A program made the position numbers and the translations under genes. From Octopus sinensis (Eukaryota), in contig NC_042999.1 in NCBI RefSeq assembly GCF_006345805.1, positions 150,288,001 to 150,352,000 of the forward strand: a stretch of DNA of 64,000 nucleotides, given 5' to 3'. Shown piece by piece: positions 26,261 to 36,772 of this stretch (positions are counted from its first letter, which is position 1; every line of letters starts with the position of its first letter). A model generated the notes under the pieces. The model had not been told where the DNA came from. It did no database searches and saw only the letters and a list, made by a program, of their open reading frames with translations.

Positions 26261-26904
26261 ATCTCTCTCATCTAACTTACATTTCTATCAGAATACATCT
26301 GGTTAGGTTGGACATTTTTGAAGGAGCATGGTCTCTCTGTAGCATGCAGTCTTAAGTAAATTTAGCAAAGTCTGATGAGAAAGTTTATCAGTAACGTTCC
26401 AGCTATGTGTTATTTATCAAGTAAAAAAGAAATAAAAACCAGTTAAATTTTGTCTCTTATCATGCCTGTGAGAACATGTGGCAGTCTGGAATAAGGTTGT
26501 AGTTCTGTGAGTGTAGAATATAGGGAAATATTTTCATTCATGTTGTTTACTTTTAAAGTATATCATACTAGCTACACATATATATTATTGCTATTATATT
26601 AAATTGTTGAATGTCCAAATATGGCCAAATGCATTTTTTTCAATATTTATTTTTTGCTTGCAATAGCTGGTTCTTTTGGTCAAACTATTGTATCTCCAGC
26701 TACTCCAGATGCCAATATATCAAAAATTGTCAAAGTGTAATACAACAGTTTTGCTATGGAATGGTGAAACTATTTCTTCATTTTCTGAAAAAGCAATGTT
26801 TTAGACTTCGGATACTTTTAAACAATAGTAACGATATAAATATATATATTTGTTTTTTTATCTCGCCTCACACACACACACACACACACGCACACACTCA
26901 CACA

Positions 26905-27207
26905 TACACACACATCTGTTGCGTTACCAACCCTGTCTCCACTCTTTTGGCTTTAAAAATCTACTTTGCTCTTGTTATCGTAAACTTCCGCCTTTCACCA
27001 TGTGTACTTCGTAAACACCAGTCGTTTTTTTTTCTCCATCTCTTGTTGCCCACTTTGGGATCTTTCTTTCCTCTCTCTTCCTTCTTTATGTTTCCGACGA
27101 AGAGCTCCGCTCGAAACGTCATACCTTCCTGCTTCCATATTTCCTGAGCGCCTATTAATAATAATACTGTAATTGTTCCACGTGTTGTTGTTTTTTTGTT
27201 TTCCCGT
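26905..27207 (+). mobile_element. Penelope-like element 3' end / pseudo-LTR remnant
   Basis: CpG-retaining pyrimidine-rich segment containing a minimal hammerhead motif and running into (TA)n. Confidence 0.65.
27090..27124 (+). ncRNA. Minimal type I hammerhead ribozyme motif (variant core)
   Basis: GTTT-CCGACGA-A-GAGC/TCC/GCTC-GAAA-CGTC-ATAC. Core has U4C, 4-bp stem II, palindromic ACGT in place of stem III, GUC triplet, and stem I with one mismatch. Confidence 0.7.
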
Positions 27208-27219
27208 TTGGATTAAAAT

Positions 27220-27277
<58 letters not shown>

Positions 27278-27279
<2 letters not shown>

Positions 27280-27445
27280 GAAATTTACAGAAAATCAAAA
27301 GATGAAGACAGGTGTATAAACAACAACCTGGTGTATTAGTTTAATGCTCGGGAAGGTGAGAAAGTCTTTTACATTTCGAGCCTAAACTCTTCAACAGAAA
27401 GGAACATGAGGAAATAAACAGAGAGAGAGTGAAAAAAAAACTTTT
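27278..27445 (-). mobile_element. Penelope-like element 3' end remnant, second family
   Basis: Runs into the same (TA)n tract from the other side and carries a minimal hammerhead motif. Confidence 0.6.
27366..27401 (-). ncRNA. Minimal type I hammerhead ribozyme motif (variant core)
   Basis: Minus strand reads CTTT-CTGTTGA-A-GAGT/TTAG/GCTC-GAAA-TGTA-AAAG. Perfect 4-bp stem I, stem II with one G-U pair, GUA triplet, core A6U. Confidence 0.65.
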
Positions 27446-27492
27446 AGAATTAGCAGTCAATATATATATATATATATATACATATATATGCA

Positions 27493-27770
27493 TGGCGTGG
27501 CTTTGTGGTTAGAAGTTTGCTTCTCAATTGCATGGTTCAGGGTTCAGTCCCACTCTATGGTACTTTGGGCAAGTGTCTTCTACTATATCCTCGGTTGGAC
27601 CAAATTTGGTTGACAGAAATTGAAAGAAGCCTGTCGTATATATGTGTGTGTGTGTCTGTGTTTGTCCTCCACCACTGCTTGACAACTGGTGCTGGTGTGT
27701 TTATGTCCCTGTAACTTAGCAGTTCAGCAAAAGAGACTGATGGCCACAATCTAATGACTGAAACCAGTTA
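27493..27770 (+). mobile_element. SINE family A, older copy
   Basis: Head, TTTGGGCAAGTGTCTTC block and truncated 3' module. Confidence 0.8.
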
Positions 27771-27779
27771 AAGATAAAA

Positions 27780-27827
<48 letters not shown>

Positions 27828-27850
27828 CATACATATATATATATATATCA

Positions 27851-29300
27851 CACAAGAAAACCATCCAAACGTGGCGGTAGCCAGTACCGCATCGACTGGC
27901 CTCCGTGCTATGGGCAAGTAACAAACACCATCCGATCGTGGCCGTTTGCCAGCCTCATCTGGCACCTGTGTCGGTGGCACATAAAAACACCATCCGAAGA
28001 CCCGGCAAGACTAGTCAGGCCATAACCCGTGGCCCCTACCTGGGACGTAGTCAGTCCACCTGTGCATACCTTCCTTCTTGTGACACTTGTGAAGACCTTT
28101 TGAGGCAAGTGAAAATCAAAACAAATCAAAATAGATGAACATCAATGGAATTTGTATCTTTGTGATACCAGTACGGTGGCACACAAGAAAACCATCCGAA
28201 CGTGGCCGTAGCCAGTACCGCATCGACTGGCCTCCGTGCTGTGGGCACATAACAAACACCATCCGATCGTGGCCGTTCGCCAGCCTCATCTGGCACCTGT
28301 GTCGGTGGCACATAAAAACACCATCCGAAGACCCGGCAAGACTAGTCAGGCCATAACCCGTGGACCCTACCTGGGACGTAGTCAGTCCACCTGTGCATAC
28401 CTTCCTTCCTTCTTGTGACACTTGTGAAGACCTGTTGAGGCAAGTGAAAATCAAATAAAATCAAATCAAATCAAATCAAAATAGATGAACATCAATGGAA
28501 TTTGTATCTTTGTGGTACCAGTGCCGGTGGCACACAAGAAAACTATCCGAACGTGGCCGTAGCCAGTACCGCATCGACTGGCCTCCGTGCTGTGGACAAG
28601 TAACAAACACCATCCGATCGTGGCCGTTTCGCCAGCCTCATCTGGCACCTGTGTCGGTGGCACATAAAAACACCATCCGAAGACCCGGCAAGACTAGTCA
28701 GGCCATAACCCGTGGCCCCTACCTGGGACGTAGTCAGTCCACCTGTGCATACCTTCCTTCTTGTGACACTTGTGAAGACCTGTTGAGGCAAGTGAAAATC
28801 AATCAAAACAAATCAAAATAGATGAACATCAATGGAATTTGTATCTTTGTGGTACCAGTGCCAGTGGCACACAAGAAGACCATCCGAACGTGGCCGTAGC
28901 CAGTACCGCATCGACTGGCCTCCGTGCTGCGGGCACGTAACAAACACCATCCGATCGTGGCCGTTCGCCAGCCTCATCTGGCACCTGTGTCGGTGGCACA
29001 TAAAAACACCATCCGAGCGTGGCCGTCTGCCAGCCTCGTCTGGCACCTGTGTCGGTGGCACATAAAAAACACCATCCGAGCGTGGCCGTTCGCCAGCCTC
29101 GTCTGGCACCTGTGTCGGTGGCACATAAAATCACCCACTACACTCTCGGAGTGGTTGGCGTTAGGAAGGGCATCCAGCTGTAGAAACACTGCCAGATCTG
29201 ACTGGCCTGGTGCAGCCTTCGGGCTCCCCAGACCCCAGTTGAACCGTCCAACCCATGCTAGCATGGAAAACGGACGCTAAATGAATGATGATGATGATGA
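27851..29300 (+). repeat. Tandem array of ~335-bp units derived from an RTE 3'UTR, ending in an intact RTE tail
   Basis: Identical junction CATCCGA|AGACCCGGCAAGACTAG at 27997, 28328 and 28680. Periods about 331, 352 and 336 bp. Terminal CCATGCTAGCATGG plus (ATG)n at about 29252-29300. Confidence 0.93.
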
Positions 29301-29309
29301 TATATATAT

Positions 29310-29345
<36 letters not shown>

Positions 29346-29362
29346 CTATATATATAATTATA

Positions 29363-29448
<86 letters not shown>

Positions 29449-30224
29449 AAAGAAAAGAGCATTCAACACATTTAGTAGGGGTTTACATATATTTGAAACT
29501 AAATTGGTTAACTAAGCTTGAATGAGTTAAGCTTCTGCTGAGAGGCCTGTGAAATTAAGTCACATGGAGCCGAATCACACTGTTTTAAGTAGGAATAATA
29601 ATAATAATGATAATAGTAGTAATAAATAGAGAGAGAGATGAAATGTACATATGTGTATTATGTTTATATATAGGCATACATGCCCAGCACAGTATGTCCT
29701 CTAGCTTGGTAGTATCATCAGTTTTGACCTGTGAAGACCAGTGGGATAAAAAATCCATTATTGAAAGCAAGGTAAAGGTTGGTGATAGGAAGAGCATTTG
29801 ACTGTAAAATGCTGCCTCAATAAATCTCATCCACTCCATGCCAGCATGGAAAAGGTAGATATAAAGATTATATATGTGGTGAACTCTCTCATCATGTCAG
29901 TGGATGAAGGTTCATTTAGACATGGTCTGTCAAAATTGACCATCACTTTATGGCCCTTTGTGTACAGGGTCAAAGCTGAAGTCTTTCAGTGGCATTCTCT
30001 ACCTGTCCCTGTTGACTCTTTTCCCTGTTGCTATTCAACTTAAGAAGAAAATGTGATGATGTTGGTGGTGGTGTCTTGATTTGTCAAACAACTTTCACAA
30101 AGAATATTTTTATAGTAAGTATGGTTTGTGTAGATCCGGTCCCACTCTAATGTCCTTCAACTAATCCCACAAGCCCAGTAGTTATCAGAATGAATGATAT
30201 ATATATGGAGTTACATTCTCTTAG

Positions 30225-30279
30225 ATCGGCAGCTAAAGAGCTGAAGAGCCTCATTTACCCTGGGTCCATTAAAGTGATT
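30225..30279 (+). CDS. Candidate short exon (SAAKELKSLIYPGSIKVI)
   Basis: TTACATTCTCTTAG acceptor, GTGAGT donor, single open frame (phase 2 to 0), non-repeat context. No homology recognised. Confidence 0.25.
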
Positions 30280-32022
30280 GTGAGTGACCTTCCTGATTCA
30301 GTTCCATGACATGATAATTAACTATACGTAGGACCCTGGCTGGTGCTATGTTCTGGCCCAGAGTAGAACTGGGCGCAATAGCTGAGTGTGGTTCCACACT
30401 CCCCAAAACCCTGGAACTCCTGAAACAGGGTTCCGCTATCACATACAGTTTAAAGTCATAACCAGGAGAGACACACGCATGCTTGCTCACTCAGTCACTC
30501 ACTCTCAAGTATAGATATATTTACACACATACACATATATATATATACAGTGAAAGACATGTTGACAAATAATAATACCTAGTGCCAGTCTTTTCAAGCT
30601 TAGCAGATAATTAATTATTACACAGTGCTGAATACATCCAAAGAAATGCTTGCCTTACAGTTTATCCATTCGTTCCTTATTGAATTAATGATGGAATATA
30701 ATGGTTGATATGAATACCTTGTAGTAAAAGTCGCAGAAATAACATCTGTCTTGTAATTTGACACTGTATTTTATCTAATACCACGGGACTTATTTGGAAA
30801 AGGTCTTGTCTCCATATCCATTGTCTACAAAACACAGATGATATATCAAGTTGAGAAATGGTTAAAGAAAATCAACAGAAGTAATACCAAGAAGTTATAG
30901 TTATGTGGAGTTGTTTAAATATTATCTTCTGATCAACATCAAAGTAGACTTTAGCAGCATAGCCATCTGCGATACTCACACAGATGTATTCATTGCAGAT
31001 AAGGTAAAGCAATTTTGGGCACCTTATCTGTTGATGGTTTCTTTTTTTTTTTTTTTTTTGCTCCATCGAATTAATTAATAATTATAGAAATATGTTTTCA
31101 TCTTAAGCTCATTTTCATACAAAAAAGAGTTCTATCGTGTGATGAAATTCTTTTGAGATCGAGATATAAAATCTACAGATGCTTTGGAACTATTTTCATC
31201 ATCATTTTATCCATTTTCATTTAATGTCCACTTTTCTTTGCTTGCATGGATCAGATGAGATTTGTTGAGGTAGATTTTCTGCCCTTCTGTCATCAACCCT
31301 GACTTGTTTCCAAGCAAGGTAATATTTCCCCATGGCCAGACATGTTTTTCACAGAAGACAGGAAATGAACAACTTTGCTTGTATGATGATAATACTTATT
31401 TACAATTATCATTTCATGTCTAGACAAGAGTATACATAACACACATACACACAAATACATGCATGTATGTGTGTGTTCATATATATATATATGATGATGA
31501 TATCATTATTAATCATGACAATTGTTTCAACACATCTAGCATCGATCCCTCACAGGTGGGACACTCAACAACTGGTTCAGGAGCATCCGGTGGTGCAGAT
31601 GTATCTCATTGAGTGGTAGACACAACTCATTAAAATAACACTTCCACAATGTAACTTCTCATTTTGTAGAAAGAAAAGCAACCAGACGGAGGAAATATCT
31701 TCATTTACATAGAAGATCAAAAATAAAATCACAGATGGGAAAAAGAGAAATGAACACGCAATACAGCAAGAAAATTATTAAAAATAACTTAACAAATGTA
31801 TAAAAGCCCTCAAGAGCAAGCTGCATGGTGTGAGTACAATTGCTCATACAAGCATCTGCGAAAATGTGAGCATACACACATGAGGTTTGATGCATTCATG
31901 ATCACAAAGCGAGTTAACTATTTACTTGGTGTTTGTAAGAATGATATATCAAATATATAAAGTGTAGTAGAAGAGTTGAATTTAGAGAGTCATGCAGCTT
32001 ACATAGTAAGCACGCCTTTCAG

Positions 32023-32073
32023 AATCAGCTATCAGTGTATGAACTACCATGCAGTGTAATTGAATATGTCCAG
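32023..32073 (+). CDS. Candidate short exon (NQLSVYELPCSVIEYVQ)
   Basis: CACGCCTTTCAG acceptor, CAG|GTAACT donor, 51 nt, phase 0-0. Confidence 0.2.
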
Positions 32074-32769
32074 GTAACTGAAAACCCAGGAAATCCTAAC
32101 AATGAATTTTTCTACAAAGAGTAAATAAAGCATAATGTCAGAAGGTGTGAGAAGTGAATATGGTTTTATATTTTTATATGACTTCCCTATGATTACAGCT
32201 GTTTCGTAACCTTCCGCATGTAGTTTTATTAATTTTGGGATGCAAAATTATATGAATGTTTGCATCATGCTCAGCATTATACAATACAACTAGCACTATG
32301 ACCCGGCATTGCCAAGTCTAGTGCTAGTGCTTGTTGTTCATTGCCAGGTCGCAGTAAAAATTTCTCACTAAATCAAGAGCTAAGTTTCTTATCACATTTC
32401 AGCCCGGGCCTGTTTTGTTGTTTATGAACTAGTTGAAGCTTTTTATGAGAGTAATTAATATTCATTGGACTTCGGTTTTCACACCTGGAATGGCATAATC
32501 ATGGAAAATTAGTGAGACTGTGTACATGCCATTAGTCAGACAAAAAAGGAGGCAGAAGAAAGCAAAAAGCTTGAATTTGGCTGCAAAATAACTTATGTTT
32601 ATTTTATTCATATAAAAAAAAATTAAGCATTTCTAATGATGCTTATTGGTGCCATTATTAAGCTTAGAGTTAGCAAAAATGGTCACCTATGAGCTTTTGC
32701 AGTATTTACTTGAGTTGTGAGGGCTACAAGGTGTTATTAAATATATTGTCATTGTATTGTGTATCTTGG

Positions 32770-33385
32770 GTAATGATTTCCAACCATTTTTTATCTATGG
32801 ACCCTTTTGATCCTTATTTACTCTGGTAGTCTCTCTTAGCAATTCGATGTTTAAAAAAACCTTTTAATATTTCTATTTTAAATATTGTTAGGAATAGTAT
32901 TAAAAATGTTAAAATATTTGGTGTATTGTAGAAGTATGGTGAAAGCGCATGGCTCAGTGGTTGCAGTGTTGTGCTTACGGTCGTGAGATTGTGAGTTCAA
33001 ATCCTGGACCGGGCTGCGTATTGTGTTCTTGAGCAAGACACTTTATTTCACATTGCTCCAGTTCACTCAGCTGTAGAAATGAGTTGCGATGCCACAGGTG
33101 CCAAGCTGTATCTGCTGTTGCCTTTCCCTTGGATAACACTGGTGGCGTGGAGAGGGGAGGCCAGTATGCATGGGCGACTGCTGGTCTTCCATAAAAACAA
33201 CCTTGCCCGGACTTGTGCCTTGGAGGATAACTTTCTAGGTGCAATCTCACAGTCAGTCAGTCATGACCGAAGCGGGGGGTCATTTTTTTTTTTTTTTGTA
33301 GAAGTATATGCAATTTATTGCTCATAAATTTTAATAAAAAATCTTATATGGACCCCACCAAGGGCCATATGGACCCCCACTTTAG
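32770..33385. mobile_element. hAT-type MITE interrupted by a SINE
   Basis: Halves 32770-32937 and 33297-33385 are colinear with the uninterrupted copy at 51115-51305. Confidence 0.7.
32938..33296 (+). mobile_element. SINE family C, full-length with TSD and oligo(T) 3' end
   Basis: A box TGGCTCAGTGG (32950-60), B box GTTCAAATCC (32995-33004), TTCTTGAGCAAGACACTT block, and TSD TGTAGAAGTAT at 32927-37 and 33297-307. Confidence 0.92.
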
Positions 33386-33594
33386 AATTACTGAGCTAGG
33401 GAAAGTTAATATGATGAAAGGTTTCCTCTTTAAATTTATATTTATCAGAGGAATAGAACTTGGGAGCTAAGATTTGAAATGAAAGTTTTTCACCACAAAC
33501 ACAACACTGTGACAATGTAAAAGGTTACAGTCTACTGACTTTTATCAATAGTTGTGTCTCAATCTGTCAACTCAAATTGGGATTTTCCTTGCAG

Positions 33595-33624
33595 TATCCT
33601 TGTTGTATCAATAATGTGACAAAG
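33595..33624 (+). CDS. Candidate short exon (YPCCINNVTK)
   Basis: GATTTTCCTTGCAG acceptor, AAG|GTATGG donor, 30 nt, phase 0-0. Confidence 0.2.
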
Positions 33625-34531
33625 GTATGGTAGTGCTGCACAGAATTTTTAGAAAGTATAGAGTTGTTTCTATTTTCAAGTCATCAAATTAATAGTGATG
33701 AATAATTATCACAAATAGAAATTTCAGTTCTGTTTCATTTGAAGCTTAATGACAGTTGTTTCTGATAGAGTGGAGGAGGTATCTAAAGACTCAACCCTCA
33801 CAATGCTTCAAGGAATAGTGGGCGATGAAAATGGGTGGATTTTATTTAATTTTTAATTGAAATTTTTAAAACAAAATTGTGTTGAGTTCTATGTTTTCTA
33901 AAATCAGAAATTCAAAATCTCATGGCGATTAAATTTTTTTTTAGTAAAGATTAATTCTTTTTTTAGTAAAGTTTAAAATTTATCTTTAGTAACGATGAAA
34001 ATTTTTTTAGTTTTTTTTTTCATATTTGCATATTGATATAATTTTTTTAATTCAGTTTTTTTTATTTTTTTATTTCAGGCTTGCAAAAACATCCCCCGTT
34101 TGTCATACTGAGATTACCAAACATAAAAAAAAACACTAATCAGGGAGTGCAGACTGGAATTTCAATTTTAATTTTAGGTATTTATCATTATTTTCCTCTT
34201 TTTTTTTTATTATTTTGATTAATTTTTAATCTTAAAATATTCTGACACTTTGTCATATAAGACATGACTTTGAAAGAAAGAGAAACATGTAAAAGCTGAA
34301 TAAGCATTTCGCAAAACCAGAAACTTGAAAAATTAACATGTGTGACTCTACATACTTCCAATCTGAAGTTGTATTGAGCACACTTTTGTTGTAACACCAC
34401 ATAAACATAGCTGACATCTCTTATTCTTTGTAGATCATCATCAGCTTAACATCCACTTTTCATGCTTGCATGTGTCAGTTGGAGTTTATTGAGGCAGATT
34501 TTCTATAGCCAGATGCTCTTCCTGTTGCCTT

Positions 34532-34565
<34 letters not shown>

Positions 34566-34721
34566 GATGATGATATATATTCACCATCATATGATAAAAG
34601 ATATAGGGCATTCTGGATCAATTTGGTTTCATCTTTAAAAAAATTATTATAGTTAGTCAATCAGTAAATATTTTAAACAACAAAACTATTCATTATATAA
34701 AATTCTTTAACTTATATATTT

Positions 34722-36772
34722 TTGCCATCTTCTCTTTTGCACACTACATCTGATTTTTCTAAATACCCCAGTTTTTCTCTCTGCTCATTTGTGATCTACC
34801 ATTCATGCATGTATTACACATTCAGTGGAGCATACTTACTTCGCTTGGCTCCAACCTTTGTACACCTACATTCAATACCCATGTTTCACTACCATGCTGT
34901 AGCACATTTTGCATATAAGATTTCAGACCCCCAACATCCACTGCTAACTAGGTTACTTAAGTGAGTAAAGCTATCAACCATCTTTAAGGAGCCCTCAAAG
35001 TACTCTTACAGCTAACAACTCCTGTATATCTGCTATATGCAAAGTTTTACTTCTCTATCACACAGCTTGTGATCCTACTATAATTCTTATGCTTATATGA
35101 TTTACATTGGGTACACTGTATTGAATTCCCACCTCCTCTTTTTCTTCATTTATGCATGGCCACCTCCCAGGTGGTATTAGAGTCCTGTCTTCTTTCCTGC
35201 TAATGAGAACTTTTGCCTCTGCTAGATTTACTTTGAGATCTCTTTTTGTTTTTATAGTTGAGATTTCTTCTCTACATCACCAACCAATTCATTTATGAGA
35301 ACTAGGCTTTCAGTGTAAAAGAGTTCCCACAGACATCTGGTCTGAAACCCCTCTTTTAAGATCTAGAGATCTATAATAAAGGAGTGGAGTGAGAACCAAG
35401 CTCTGGTGGACATCTACCCACAAATTAAATTCATATGATCAATTCTTACCTTACTGACAGTGTTACTATTTTACATGGTTCACATATCTCTCACATGTTA
35501 TTTATCTACACACAGTTTTCTTAATGACATAAATTCAGTACCCTGTCATAAGCTATCTTTTGTTTGAAGAAATATGAAATATAGTGGCTTACTCTTGGCT
35601 AAGAACTTTCTTGTAGTTAAAAGATATTAGTCATACCCTGTCCTGGCACAAAATCAAGCTGCATCTCAGCAAATTAACTTTCTAATTAGTAGTATAATAA
35701 CTCTGTTGCTTTGATAACTTTGTCTATAAGTTTCATAGCTCTGTAGTTGCTTCTCTGTTGAACATCTCATTTGTCCTAGCAGTTCATGAGGATATTGCTT
35801 TACTAGTCAGGGTGTGAAACCATCCTGGACTACCTGATTGATTTTGTCAGTGACCAGTGTGTACCCAACTTCGTTTCATCTTTTCAGTATCCCAGTGACT
35901 ATCCATGATGGTTCAGTTGCTCTCCCTGTCCTTGTATTCTTAATCATTCTTTCATCTGAATGTCTGTCACCTTTAATACCTAGTCCCCCTTTTGAGTCTA
36001 CATGGAGGCAGACTCTCTCTCTCCAACTGGAATACTGCTCCAACCAGAAATCTGGTCTGTGGTTCACAAGTCTTGTAGAAACTCCCAGTTTTCTATATGC
36101 TATAGGTTTATAGCTTTTCTTTCCTCACATACAAAACTACAATTTCTCTGATCCTGTATTTAGCAAAAGCATCCTTGTGCTGCCATATTTTCCTCCTCTA
36201 GATTATGTTGTACCTCTGAGTCCATTTAACCCTTCCTCTGAAGTCTCTAGTCACTGGTCTATATTTAGTGATGCATTCACCTGGAAAAACTTGATACTCA
36301 CACCCATCTGTCTGACCCATTTCTTGGTGAGTACAAAATCTATTTGGCATGTGAGTTCACCTGACTGGTTGTGACCGTGTTACCTGGCATGATTAATTGA
36401 TGAGGTCACCAGCTAAGAAATGCGGTCACTCTCATTCCATATTGAGACATTCGGCAATGGGGCCTCATGGTTCTTTGTTTTCATCTGTCTTTCTTAATTA
36501 TTGGTACATGTACAGAGATCACTGTTACTGCTCATGATTTATTAAGTTTAATTATCCTACTCCACCTATTCATTTCCAAGCCAACATGTCTACTCCTCCC
36601 ACCTTCTCAGAAGATATTGTATCTGTGTTCCTTATCCACAAGGAATCTGGTTGAGGCTTCCTTCCATCTTATCACTTGTGTGCAGCACACATCTTCTCAT
36701 CTCCTCTCCATCACCTCTACAATCTCTTCAGACCTTTCATTATGTCAACATTGATGGTAGCAGCCCTGAAGT
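34722..36772 (-). mobile_element. Decayed RTE-clade LINE ORF (AP endonuclease to RT to C-terminus), internally deleted
   Basis: Motifs in order across stops and frameshifts: FRAATINV, DVCCTQVIRW, TVISVHVP, QSGELTCQIDFVLTK, TGRATEPSWI (KAPGPSGI-like), NYRAMKLID, MQLDFVPG, AYDRV, CLWELFYTESLVLI (YADD box decayed), HGSETW, REKLG. Confidence 0.88.

Noticed and set aside
28432-28455. CTGTTGA-GGCAAGT-GAAA in the RTE-derived array (would make it a retrozyme)
   Set aside because: Stem II is at most 2 bp, stems I and III do not form, and the motif is mutated in one unit.
27851-29300. Regular repeats that might suggest a CRISPR array or coding repeat
   Set aside because: The whole unit repeats with no unique spacers, the context is eukaryotic, and the ORFs are read-through of GC-rich UTR repeats.
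29140-29300. HDV-like ribozyme in the RTE tail (GCTAA, several helices)
   Set aside because: I could not assign P1-P2-P3-L3-P1.1 in the required order on either strand.
32938-33010. tRNA gene
   Set aside because: A and B boxes are present, but there is no complete cloverleaf and the sequence continues into a SINE body with a TSD.
35950-36010. VCLHVDSKGGLGIK as an L1/Tx1-type GGLGI motif
   Set aside because: Its position between the endonuclease and the KAPGPSG-like motif shows it is the decayed RTE linker.
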